Below, in pieces: positions 40,597 to 49,646 of a stretch of DNA of 64,000 nt (the stretch's first letter is position 1; every line of letters starts with the position of its first letter). Origin of the DNA: Gammaproteobacteria bacterium (GTDB lineage: Bacteria > Pseudomonadota > Gammaproteobacteria > UBA4575). The translations under genes and the position numbers were made by a program. The notes under the pieces are model-generated. The model had not been told where the DNA came from and did no database searches. It worked only from the letters and a program-made list of their open reading frames with translations. Location of the stretch: positions 416,001 to 480,000 of the forward strand of contig CBDCUI010000007.1 of the NCBI GenBank assembly GCA_965222615.1, given 5' to 3'.

Positions 40597-41133
40597 ATGG
40601 ATATAGAAACAACCGTCAACATATGTTTATTAACATTGTTGATATTCACTGCACTCACATTAGTACGTATTCAAAGTTTATTGGCAGTTGTTCTATTAAG
40701 TGGTATTTATAGTTTACTGTCTGCAGGCTTGTTCGTAACACTTGATGCAGTCGACGTCGCTTTTACTGAAGCTGCTGTTGGTGCAGGCATAACAACGGTT
40801 TTATTACTCGGCGCCGTCGCAATTACAGGCAGGCAACAAACCGTTACGCGACATGGCAAATTATTGCCTCTAGTCGTGATCGGAATTACAGCAAGTGCAT
40901 TAATCTACGGTACTTTGGATATGCCGCTTTTTGGTAACCCGAATGCACCAATTCATACTCATGTAGCACCTCGTTACTTAACCCAAAGCGCTGATGAGAT
41001 CGGTATTCCTAATGTCGTGACATCTGTGCTGGCAAGTTATCGCGGTTATGACACTTTAGGCGAAGTTACAGTCGTGTTCACAGCTGCAATAGGCGTGCTG
41101 CTGCTGATAGGTAGATCTAAAAACAAATCCTAA
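40597..41133 (+). CDS. DUF4040/MnhB-related Mrp subunit (B')
   Basis: AVDVAFTEAAVGAG; PNVVTSVLASYRGYDTLGE. Confidence 0.88.
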   Translation: MDIETTVNICLLTLLIFTALTLVRIQSLLAVVLLSGIYSLLSAGLFVTLDAVDVAFTEAAVGAGITTVLLLGAVAITGRQQTVTRHGKLLPLVVIGITASALIYGTLDMPLFGNPNAPIHTHVAPRYLTQSADEIGIPNVVTSVLASYRGYDTLGEVTVVFTAAIGVLLLIGRSKNKS

Positions 41134-41142
41134 ATCAATATT

Positions 41143-41565
41143 ATGGATAAAAAGACCAGCTTGATTCTGCGCGAAGTTTGTAATTTCACAATCCCTGCAG
41201 TCATGCTTTATGCCTTGTATGTCCAATTTCATGGCGACTATGGGCCAGGCGGTGGTTTTCAAGCAGGTGTGATTTTCGCAGCTGCGGTAATTCTTTATGC
41301 CCTAGTTTATGGAAGAGAGAGGGTACAACGAATCTTCCCTACCAATATCGTACGAATATTTGTATCTATTGGCTTACTCCTTTATGCATCCGTAGGTGTC
41401 GCTACGATGTTTATGGGTGGTAATTTTCTTGATTACGACGCCCTGTTACATGATCGCCAACATGCGCAACACCTAGGTATCTTTCTAATCGAATTAGGAG
41501 TAGGTATCACGGTTGCTGCTGTAATGATTGTTATCTTTTACGCACTCGATGAGTTTACTGACTAA
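41143..41565 (+). CDS. mrpB: Mrp subunit B
   Basis: HGDYGPGGGFQAG. Confidence 0.9.
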   Translation: MDKKTSLILREVCNFTIPAVMLYALYVQFHGDYGPGGGFQAGVIFAAAVILYALVYGRERVQRIFPTNIVRIFVSIGLLLYASVGVATMFMGGNFLDYDALLHDRQHAQHLGIFLIELGVGITVAAVMIVIFYALDEFTD

Positions 41566-41568
41566 CAT

Positions 41569-41928
41569 ATGATTGCAGATTTTTATAATTACTGGGTCGT
41601 TATCATATTAATGATGATTGGTTTTTATATCGTTATTTCAGACTCAAACTTAATCAAAAAAAATATTGGGCTTACTATTTTTCAAACTTCAGTATTTATT
41701 TTGTTCATTTCTATGAGCAAAGTAGATGGTGGAACTGCGCCCATTTTAATAGATGCACCAATCTTATATAGCAACCCTTTGCCACACGTTTTAATTTTGA
41801 CAGCGATCGTAGTAGGGGTTGCCACTACAGCATTGGGATTGGCACTCATTGCAAGAATACACAGAGCCTATGGCACAATTGACGAGACCATTATTCAAGA
41901 ACGGGATGAAGATGAAGAAGATACCTAA
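41569..41928 (+). CDS. mrpC: Mrp subunit C
   Basis: NLIKK, NPLPHVLILTAIVVG. Confidence 0.92.
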   Translation: MIADFYNYWVVIILMMIGFYIVISDSNLIKKNIGLTIFQTSVFILFISMSKVDGGTAPILIDAPILYSNPLPHVLILTAIVVGVATTALGLALIARIHRAYGTIDETIIQERDEDEEDT

Positions 41929-42061
41929 GGAAGCTCTGATTTATTCTGATATGTCGTTAAAAAAATGTCTCGAAATGCTCATGTATTCACCTATACACTC
42001 CGCTTTCTCAACATTTTTTGCCTAATCTCAGTCATTTCATTAATAAATCCGAGCTTCCTTA
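41926..42061 (-). repeat. Family A element, copy 7 (intact, TA-bounded)
   Basis: TA-aggaagctctgatttatt ... aataaatccgagcttcct-TA; fills the whole mrpC-mrpD gap. Confidence 0.93.
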
Positions 42062-43546
42062 GTGTTTACTCATCATCTTCCTATACTGCAAGTAATTATC
42101 CCTTTAATCCTTGCCCCGGTCTGCGCACTATTCACAAATAAAAAATTAGCGTGGTTACTTGCAACAACTGCAAGCATTATCACTTTTGTTATCGCAATAC
42201 TTTTAGTTCGTGAAGTATCTGAGCATAGCGTACTTTCTTATGAGCTTGGTGGCTGGGCGCCTCCTTGGGGGATTGAATACCGAATTGATTACTTAAGTGC
42301 GTTTATCTTAATTATTGTTTCTGCGACTGCGAGTATTACTATGCTCGCAGCACGAAAAAGTGTAGAACAAGAAATTGCAGCAGAAAAAATTCATTTATTT
42401 TATGCAGCCTATTTGCTTTGCCTCACTGGTCTATTAGGTATTATCGCTACCGGAGATGCATTTAATATATTTGTATTTTTAGAAATAAGCTCCTTGTCAT
42501 CCTATGCATTAATCGCAATGGGAAATGATCGCAAATCTCTAACAGCTTCTTACCAATATCTAATTATGGGGACAATTGGTGCCACTTTTATTTTGATTGG
42601 AATTGGCCTGCTATATATGCTTACTGGCACATTAAATATTATCGATTTGCAACAAAAAATACCTGCCTTGATTACGTCGAGAACGCTTCATGCAGCATTT
42701 GCATTTTTCACAGTCGGCATCTCTTTAAAACTTGCATTATTCCCTTTGCACTTGTGGCTACCAAATGCTTATGCATTTGCGCCTTCTATGATTACTGTAT
42801 TTCTTTCTGCTACAGCAACTAAAGTTTCCCTATATGTGTTGTACAGATTTTTCTTTGGGGTATTTTCTGACGAAATCTCTTTTGAATATTTCCATCTAGA
42901 CAAAATCCTTTTACCACTTTCTGCGGTCGCAATATTCATAGCATCTTTAGTTGCAGTTTTTCAGGATAATATAAAACGTATGCTTGCGTATTCTAGTGTC
43001 GCGCAAATTGGTTACATGACATTAGGCATTGGATTAGCGTCTAAAAGTGGAAGTGTTGCCAGTTTAGTCTATCTGTTTAACCATGCCATAATAAAGGGTG
43101 GTCTATTTTTGGCCATGGCATGTGTTGTATTTCGAACTCAATCTGTCAAATTAGAAAACTTTAATGGCTTAGGCAAACGCATGCCTTGGACGATGGCTGC
43201 AATTGTGTTGTTAGGTCTAGGCCTGATCGGTGTACCATTTACTGCGGGTTTCATTAGTAAATGGTATTTATTAGCAGCTGCCGTTGAACAAGATCAATGG
43301 ATGGCAGTTATAGTTATCGTTGGTGGCTCTTTGCTTGCGCTTCTATATATATGGAAGATTATTGAAGCAGCATACTTTAAAGCCCCAGCAGGTGAGTTTG
43401 GAAATGCCCAGGCAAGCTGCTCAGAGGCTCCTTTACAAATGCTCATTCTGCTTTGGATATTAGTGGCAATGAATTTTTATTTTGGTTTAAGCACTTCTTT
43501 TAGTTTCGAGTTTGCTCATAGCGCAATTCGTTTTTTATTTAATTAG
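42062..43546 (+). CDS. mrpD: Mrp subunit D-like proton-conducting membrane protein
   Basis: GGWAPPWGIE, DAFNIFVFLEI, PLHLWLP.AY, KRMLAYSS. Confidence 0.9.
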   Translation: MFTHHLPILQVIIPLILAPVCALFTNKKLAWLLATTASIITFVIAILLVREVSEHSVLSYELGGWAPPWGIEYRIDYLSAFILIIVSATASITMLAARKSVEQEIAAEKIHLFYAAYLLCLTGLLGIIATGDAFNIFVFLEISSLSSYALIAMGNDRKSLTASYQYLIMGTIGATFILIGIGLLYMLTGTLNIIDLQQKIPALITSRTLHAAFAFFTVGISLKLALFPLHLWLPNAYAFAPSMITVFLSATATKVSLYVLYRFFFGVFSDEISFEYFHLDKILLPLSAVAIFIASLVAVFQDNIKRMLAYSSVAQIGYMTLGIGLASKSGSVASLVYLFNHAIIKGGLFLAMACVVFRTQSVKLENFNGLGKRMPWTMAAIVLLGLGLIGVPFTAGFISKWYLLAAAVEQDQWMAVIVIVGGSLLALLYIWKIIEAAYFKAPAGEFGNAQASCSEAPLQMLILLWILVAMNFYFGLSTSFSFEFAHSAIRFLFN

Positions 43547-43549
43547 CGG

Positions 43550-45004
43550 ATGGCACAAATTTTACAACATTACGAATTTGCAGTTCTGATCCCACTTTTA
43601 GGGGGGTTATTGATACTTTTTTTTCACAAATATGAACAACTGAGAGAGGCCAGCTCTATATTTACTGGTTTCATTTTATTTTTATATGTTCTTCTTCTGT
43701 TCAGGTCATACACTCCTGATGGAGATTTACACAGCATCTTAAATATTACACCTGGACTTTCTATCACGTTTCATCTTGAACCACTTGGACTTGTATTTGC
43801 GTTACTTGCATCCAGTCTCTGGATCGTTACAACAATCTATTCAATAGGTTACATGCGTGGTAATAGCGAAAAAAATCAAACTAAATTTTATGTTTTTTTT
43901 ACATTCTCCATTGCTTCCACGATGGGAATCGCTTTTGCAGCAAATTTATTTACCTTATTCCTTTTTTATGAAGCCTTAACACTATGCACATATCCTTTGG
44001 TGACTCATAAAAAAACAAACGATGCTCAAACAGGTGGACGCACATATTTAGGAATATTACTGGGCACCTCTATTCTATTTTTCTTACCGGCCATTATCAT
44101 TACTTGGTCAAATGCCAGGACATTGGATTTTATCGAAGGCGGAATTCTAGATGGAAATATAACTGGGCTAAGTAGCGTTCTTCTTTTTACTCTGTTTATG
44201 TTTGGCATAGGTAAAGCAGCTTTACTTCCATTTCACCGTTGGTTACCTGCTGCAATGGTCGCGCCGACGCCTGTCAGTGCATTATTGCATGCAGTTGCAG
44301 TAGTAAAGGCAGGGGTATTTTCTATATTGAAAATTTCCATCTATATATTTGGTATTGACTTTCTGGCCTCACAACATATTTCTAATTTAATTTTGTGGGT
44401 AGCTGTAGCAACTATGCTAATCGCTTCAATTATTGCCCTAACAAAAAATAATTTTAAAGCAAGACTTGCCTACTCTACGATAAGTCAACTATCTTACATT
44501 GTTATAGGTGCCAGCTTGGCAAGCCCGATTGCAGCCTTAGGGGGTGCATTACATATGGTGACCCATGCATTTGGCAAAATAACTTTATTCTTTTGTGCTG
44601 GAGCAATTTATACCGCGACAAAGTTTACTGAAATTAAACAGTTTGATGGCCTAGGCCGACAAATGCCATTTACCTTTACCGCCTATTTAGTTGCCACTTT
44701 AAGTATTATCGGTTTGCCACCTTTAGTCGGCAGTTGGAGTAAATGGTTTTTAATGGAAGGCACCATCAGCACACAAAATTATATTGTCTTGTTTGCATTT
44801 GGAGTAAGTACTTTATTGAACTGCGCATATTTATTGCCAGTAGCATTACGTGCCTTTTTTAAATCTAATAATGAACCATCGAGAATAAAAGAGGCACCTC
44901 TTGCATGTGTCATACCATTATGTATAACTGCTTTCTGCACACTTTTATTATTCTTTTACTTTCAACCTTTTTATGAATTTCTTTCCCCACTATTTTTGCC
45001 ATGA
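43550..45004 (+). CDS. Second MrpD/A-like proton-conducting membrane subunit
   Basis: WLPAAMVAPTPVSALLHAVAVVKAG, RLAYSTISQL. Confidence 0.88.
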   Translation: MAQILQHYEFAVLIPLLGGLLILFFHKYEQLREASSIFTGFILFLYVLLLFRSYTPDGDLHSILNITPGLSITFHLEPLGLVFALLASSLWIVTTIYSIGYMRGNSEKNQTKFYVFFTFSIASTMGIAFAANLFTLFLFYEALTLCTYPLVTHKKTNDAQTGGRTYLGILLGTSILFFLPAIIITWSNARTLDFIEGGILDGNITGLSSVLLFTLFMFGIGKAALLPFHRWLPAAMVAPTPVSALLHAVAVVKAGVFSILKISIYIFGIDFLASQHISNLILWVAVATMLIASIIALTKNNFKARLAYSTISQLSYIVIGASLASPIAALGGALHMVTHAFGKITLFFCAGAIYTATKFTEIKQFDGLGRQMPFTFTAYLVATLSIIGLPPLVGSWSKWFLMEGTISTQNYIVLFAFGVSTLLNCAYLLPVALRAFFKSNNEPSRIKEAPLACVIPLCITAFCTLLLFFYFQPFYEFLSPLFLP

Positions 45005-45252
45005 AAATTTATAAAGACAAACCATACTGGCTAGATAAACCAAGCAACGTTAATAAAATACTTTACGTATTGTATGCGGTTTGCTTTCTTTTATTGATCG
45101 CAGATTTCTTTTATCACAAGCACGTTCATTTTTCTTTTGAAAACTGGCATGGTTTTTTTGCCTGGTTTGGCTTTTTAGCGTATTGCTTTATTATTTTCAG
45201 TGCTAAGTTTTTACGCAAAATTATTAAACGTGATGAGCGATACTATGATTAG
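45001..45252 (+). CDS. Small two-TM protein of the mrp operon
   Basis: 83 aa, WLD..., ends KRDERYYD; overlaps both neighbours. Confidence 0.8.
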   Translation: MKIYKDKPYWLDKPSNVNKILYVLYAVCFLLLIADFFYHKHVHFSFENWHGFFAWFGFLAYCFIIFSAKFLRKIIKRDERYYD

Positions 45253-46945
45253 TATTTTCACTCATCCAGCTTTAATTTTAATTTTCGGAGGATTTCTTTC
45301 TTTATTAATTCCGAATAGTTTCAAAAAGATATTCAATCTTACCTTACCACTAGTTGCTTTATTTGCATTACTAAATATTTCTCATGGCGACTATGGGCAT
45401 TATGAGATTTTTTCTTTTCAGCTTACTTTATTACGACTCGATCACTTAAGCTTTATTTTTGCGCTTATTTTTCATATCGCTTTATTCATAGCCTCTATTT
45501 ATTCAATACATCAGAAAAATGTTCATGAAACCGCTGCAACATTTATTTACGCAGGAGCCGCAATTGGCGCTGTATTAGCAGGTGACTTACTTAGCGTTTT
45601 TATTTATTGGGAAATCACAGCGATTGCATCTGCATTAATTATTTGGACGAATAAAACCCCTCGCTCTTATTCGGTCGGTTTACGTTATTTCATTATTCAT
45701 GTAACTTCCGGTTTGCTTTTGCTAGTTGGTACAATTTTTCACTATCAAGAAACCGGTTCACTCGCGTTTAATCATCTTGGTATCGATACTTGGGCAGGCA
45801 GACTTATTTTCTTTGCATTTGGTATTAAATGCGCCTTTCCACTACTACATAATTGGCTACAAGACGCTTATCCAGAAGCCAGTCCTACAGGGACGGTAAC
45901 CTTATCGGTATTTACTACAAAGCTAGCGATATATGCCTTAGCACGCGGCTATGCCGGAACCGATGAATTGATCTGGATCGGTGCAACCATGACTGCCTTC
46001 CCCATCTTCTTTGCCGTAATCGAAAACGATATGCGTCGAGTGCTTTCATACAGCTTGAATAATCAATTAGGCTTTATGGTGGTTGGTGTCGGTGTTGGTA
46101 CCGAGATGGCATTAAATGGTACTGCCGCACATGCTTTCGCACATATTTTGTATAAAGCTTTGCTATTTATGAGTATGGGTGCGGTCTTGCACCGAGTAGG
46201 AACCATTAAGGCTTCAGAGTTAGGTGGTTTATATAAATCAATGCCATGGACCACAATATTCTGCATAGTTGGATCATTATCGATATGTGCTTTCCCTCTA
46301 TTCAGCGGCTTTGTTTCCAAATCGATGATCCTCTCTGCTACGGCAGATCAAGGCCATTGGTTAATATGGTTAGTGTTATTGTTTGCTTCTGCAGGAGTAT
46401 TAGATCACTCAGGAATAAAAATACCTTTCTTTACTTTTTTTGCGCACGATAGTGGTAAACGCTGTGATGAAGCCCCTTTTAACATGTTACTAGCCATGGC
46501 CATTACGGCATTTCTTTGTATTGCAATTGGCGTGTATCCAAATGCATTATATAAAATTCTTCCTTTTGCGGTGGATTATGCTCCTTATACAACTACTCAT
46601 GTTATTACTCAATTACAGTTGCTGTTATTTTCTGCGTTGGCGTTCGCAATTTTATACCGCACAAAAATATATCCGCCTGAAATCCCAGCAACCAACCTAG
46701 ACTTTGATTGGCTATATCGAAAACCCGGTGCCATCCTTGCAAACTACGTCATGTTGTTTATCGCAGCTGCAGAAAAATGGATCATTGTTACCATCAAGAA
46801 ATTTTCTTTTATTATCAGTTCACGTTTACATCATCATCACGGTCCACAAGGAATTCTATCCAGAACATGGCCAACCGGTAGTATGGTGATGTGGGTAGCG
46901 TTTCTACTTGGGGCCTATCTAATATTTTATTACGTATATGAATAA
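45245..46945 (+). CDS. Third MrpD-like Na+/H+ antiporter subunit
   Basis: LHNWLQDAYPEA, FTTK, RRVLSYS, FVSKS; ATG at 45245. Confidence 0.88.
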   Translation: MISIFTHPALILIFGGFLSLLIPNSFKKIFNLTLPLVALFALLNISHGDYGHYEIFSFQLTLLRLDHLSFIFALIFHIALFIASIYSIHQKNVHETAATFIYAGAAIGAVLAGDLLSVFIYWEITAIASALIIWTNKTPRSYSVGLRYFIIHVTSGLLLLVGTIFHYQETGSLAFNHLGIDTWAGRLIFFAFGIKCAFPLLHNWLQDAYPEASPTGTVTLSVFTTKLAIYALARGYAGTDELIWIGATMTAFPIFFAVIENDMRRVLSYSLNNQLGFMVVGVGVGTEMALNGTAAHAFAHILYKALLFMSMGAVLHRVGTIKASELGGLYKSMPWTTIFCIVGSLSICAFPLFSGFVSKSMILSATADQGHWLIWLVLLFASAGVLDHSGIKIPFFTFFAHDSGKRCDEAPFNMLLAMAITAFLCIAIGVYPNALYKILPFAVDYAPYTTTHVITQLQLLLFSALAFAILYRTKIYPPEIPATNLDFDWLYRKPGAILANYVMLFIAAAEKWIIVTIKKFSFIISSRLHHHHGPQGILSRTWPTGSMVMWVAFLLGAYLIFYYVYE

Positions 46946-46978
46946 TTAATATATAATTTTTGGGCCGTCTACCTCATT

Positions 46979-47128
46979 TAAGGAAGCTCTGATTTATTAA
47001 TGAAATGGCTGAGATTAGGCAAAATGATTTCGAAAAAACGGAGTGTATAGCTACATACATGAGTATTTTGAGAAATCTTTTCAACGCCATAAAATATTTG
47101 TAGGGCAGAATAAATCAGTGCTTCGTTA
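46979..47128 (+). repeat. Family A element, copy 8 (TA-bounded)
   Basis: TA-aggaagctctgatttatt ... aataaatcagtgcttcgt-TA; the right arm encodes the last codons and stop of the SnoaL gene. Confidence 0.93.
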
Positions 47129-47534
47129 AGTTAGTGGTTTCTACTGTGGAATGCAGTGTAGGTGAGGCATGATGAAGGACCATATGCCAGCCTTTACTGG
47201 TCTTACAATACACATTTGTCGCGATAATCTCAGAAGCCAATTTGCCGTTCAATGAAAGTACCTCGATAACATGGTGAATAGCTATATCATCACTGGCAAA
47301 TACCTTTTTATGTTTAAGATCAAAGCTTAAACCTTGTTCATGCGAGAATATTTGTACCCAGCTATCTCGAATGCTATTTAGGCCTTCCAAGCGCGAACCA
47401 CCAGGATGAATACAACATATGTCTTTATCTTTAGACCAAACCGACATCATCATTTCAATATCACACTGCTCAAACGCCAGGTAAAATGTATCCTCAGCAC
47501 TTTTTGAGGAAGAAAAAATTTTCCAGTCCTTCAT
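47115..47534 (-). CDS. NTF2/SnoaL-like domain protein
   Basis: FYLAFE..D, CIHPG, ATNVY, W.MVLHHAS. Confidence 0.88.
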   Translation of the reverse strand: MKDWKIFSSSKSAEDTFYLAFEQCDIEMMMSVWSKDKDICCIHPGGSRLEGLNSIRDSWVQIFSHEQGLSFDLKHKKVFASDDIAIHHVIEVLSLNGKLASEIIATNVYCKTSKGWHMVLHHASPTLHSTVETTNLTKH

Positions 47535-47578
47535 GTTCCAAATCGATATTTAGATAAATACAAAAATTATATAAACCT

Positions 47579-47926
47579 ATGACATCTGCGCGCATAAAAT
47601 TATTTAACTATGATGAATTATCAGATCCTGGGAGTAAAGGCCTAATTATTACCATTAATGGTACTGAATTAAGTCTTTTTGCTGTAAAAAAAGATAGGAA
47701 AATTTTTATTTATGAGAACTCATGCCCGCATACATTTGGACCATTAGACTGGATGCCAAATAATTTCTTGGACGAGGATCAAAAATACATAATGTGTGCG
47801 AATCATGGTGCATTATTTCAAATTGATAACGGCCTATGTATATATGGCCCATGTAAAAAACAAAGCCTTCGCACTTTACCTTTTAAAATCGATGACGGTA
47901 TTGTATATCTACTAGATTACGCCTAA
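47579..47926 (+). CDS. Rieske [2Fe-2S] ferredoxin-like protein
   Basis: NSCPH ... CANHGA.F ... GPC. Confidence 0.9.
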   Translation: MTSARIKLFNYDELSDPGSKGLIITINGTELSLFAVKKDRKIFIYENSCPHTFGPLDWMPNNFLDEDQKYIMCANHGALFQIDNGLCIYGPCKKQSLRTLPFKIDDGIVYLLDYA

Positions 47927-47932
47927 TTCCGA

Positions 47933-48868
47933 ATGCTTAATCGTTTTAATTTCTTATTTCCAATTTGGGCAATATTACTCTCTGTTGTTGCTTACTTAAA
48001 TCCAGAAATATTTATCCCACTAAAACCAAGCATTATCTATCTTTTAGCTATCGTAATGTTTGGCATGGGGATAACACTTAAACCAAAAGACTTTCTTCAG
48101 CTTGCTAAATTGAAAACTATTCTTCTAGTGGGCTTAGCATTACAGTTTCTAATTATGCCGCTGGCTGCTTGGTTAATTAGCCTTGGTTTCAGTCTTACCA
48201 CCCCTCTACTTACCGGTATGGTTTTAGTGGGTGCCTGTCCTGGCGGTACTGCGTCTAATGTGATTTGTTATTTGGCGCGTGGCAATGTTGCACTTTCGAT
48301 TGCACTGACTACAGCTTCTACTTTACTCGCCGTGCTTGCAACGCCATTATTTACTTGGCTTTATCTGGGTCAGAGTGTAGATGTTCCTTTACTACGCATG
48401 ATGTATACCGTACTTCAAGTGATCGTTTTACCAGTAAGCATAGGTGTATTGATTAATTATTTTTTTGGAGAACGCATAGCACCTATTACTCGATTCTTTC
48501 CAAGTGTCTCAGTGATTTTTATTTGTATAATTATCGCGATTATTGCCGCAAGCAACCATACCAAGCTACATAGTATTGCAGCTATAGTAGTCGTAGCGGT
48601 TATGCTGCATAATTTTGTTGGGCTGCTTATTGGCTACTTGGTAAGCTACTTACTTGGCTATGACAAAACCATACGAAAAACCATTGCTATAGAAGTGGGA
48701 ATGCAAAATTCAGGCCTAGCTGTAGCCTTAGCGATAGAATATTTCAAGCCACTTGCAGCTTTGCCTGGCGCAGTTTTCTCAATATGGCATAATCTATCAG
48801 GAGCCTTGCTTGCAGTAATTTGGTCTAAACAAACAAAGAATAAAACTACTAACGGATTCGAATCATGA
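47933..48868 (+). CDS. Bile acid:Na+ symporter family protein (PanS/YocS-like)
   Basis: MFGMG, CPGGTASNV, IEVGMQNSGL, IWHN. Confidence 0.93.
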   Translation: MLNRFNFLFPIWAILLSVVAYLNPEIFIPLKPSIIYLLAIVMFGMGITLKPKDFLQLAKLKTILLVGLALQFLIMPLAAWLISLGFSLTTPLLTGMVLVGACPGGTASNVICYLARGNVALSIALTTASTLLAVLATPLFTWLYLGQSVDVPLLRMMYTVLQVIVLPVSIGVLINYFFGERIAPITRFFPSVSVIFICIIIAIIAASNHTKLHSIAAIVVVAVMLHNFVGLLIGYLVSYLLGYDKTIRKTIAIEVGMQNSGLAVALAIEYFKPLAALPGAVFSIWHNLSGALLAVIWSKQTKNKTTNGFES

Positions 48869-49158
48869 CATTAAACACTTCCATTTCCTTTTTCAGTGCT
48901 TTGATAAGTTGGGCACTAGCCATTTTTTTAGTTACTCAATTATTATCTGGTACGTTTGATACGCGTACTTGTCAAACTACATGTGTAAACGTCTTGTTTT
49001 GGATGTCGTTTGCAATTGCCGTGATAGGGCTAGTTTTTAGCATCGGTGGAATATCGATTGGCCAGTCTAGCCGAATAAAAACGATTTCGATACTTGCACT
49101 GCTTGGTTTATGCGGAATTTATGCAACGACCATGTTCATCGGCACCTTCGGTATCTAG
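48865..49158 (+). CDS. Small three-TM hypothetical protein
   Basis: 97 aa, hydrophobic, CQTTC; followed by a family P site. Confidence 0.65.
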   Translation: MTLNTSISFFSALISWALAIFLVTQLLSGTFDTRTCQTTCVNVLFWMSFAIAVIGLVFSIGGISIGQSSRIKTISILALLGLCGIYATTMFIGTFGI

Positions 49159-49191
49159 AAATACTCAAAATCAAACGTATAGTTAATTCTA

Positions 49192-49233
49192 AATGTCCGC
49201 TTACGACTGTGATTTCAACCGAAAGTGGTCTTT
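49192..49233. repeat. Family P site with expanded spacer
   Basis: aatgtccgctt-acgactgtgatttcaaccga-aagtggtcttt. Confidence 0.65.
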
Positions 49234-49278
49234 CATTTTTTTATTAACTATTGATCAAACTATCTCTTGACTTCCCAT

Positions 49279-49569
49279 TATTTACTTGACGAGCAAGTAG
49301 ATAAGACTGCTGACAAATGAACATGGATGTTCATTTGAGACATGCTGAGCAGGATGCGAATCATGTCGACAGCGAAGTCGTTCTGTGAAGCGAGTGTACC
49401 CGATAGGGCAAGTAAATTCGGGGGTCTTTTCTTTTGGTTCCCTTGTTTAATATTTAAATGGCTTTGGACAAGCAAAGACAAAATCGTCTGGAACGATTTT
49501 GAACATTGTCATTTCATGACGATGGCCTGAAGGGCAAAATACAGGGAAGTATTTTGTAAAATGAACAAT
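49279..49569 (+). repeat. Composite multi-hairpin element (family B) with GGA loops
   Basis: Hairpins tatttacttg/caagtagata, caaatgaaca[tgga]tgttcatttg, gacatg..gcaggatgc..catgtc; tcttttggttc...tttggacaagcaaag module. Confidence 0.7.
49479..49557 (+). mobile_element. Family C element nested in family B
   Basis: caaaatcgtctggaacgattttg...ggcctgaaggg caaaatac[agggaa]gtattttg, splitting gcaaaga^aaa. Confidence 0.65.
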
Positions 49570-49646
49570 TAAACTTAATATATTTAATTCAATGAACTGA
49601 TCGTTCCCTTCTTGCTGATGTAAGAATCAGAAAAACAACCTATATA

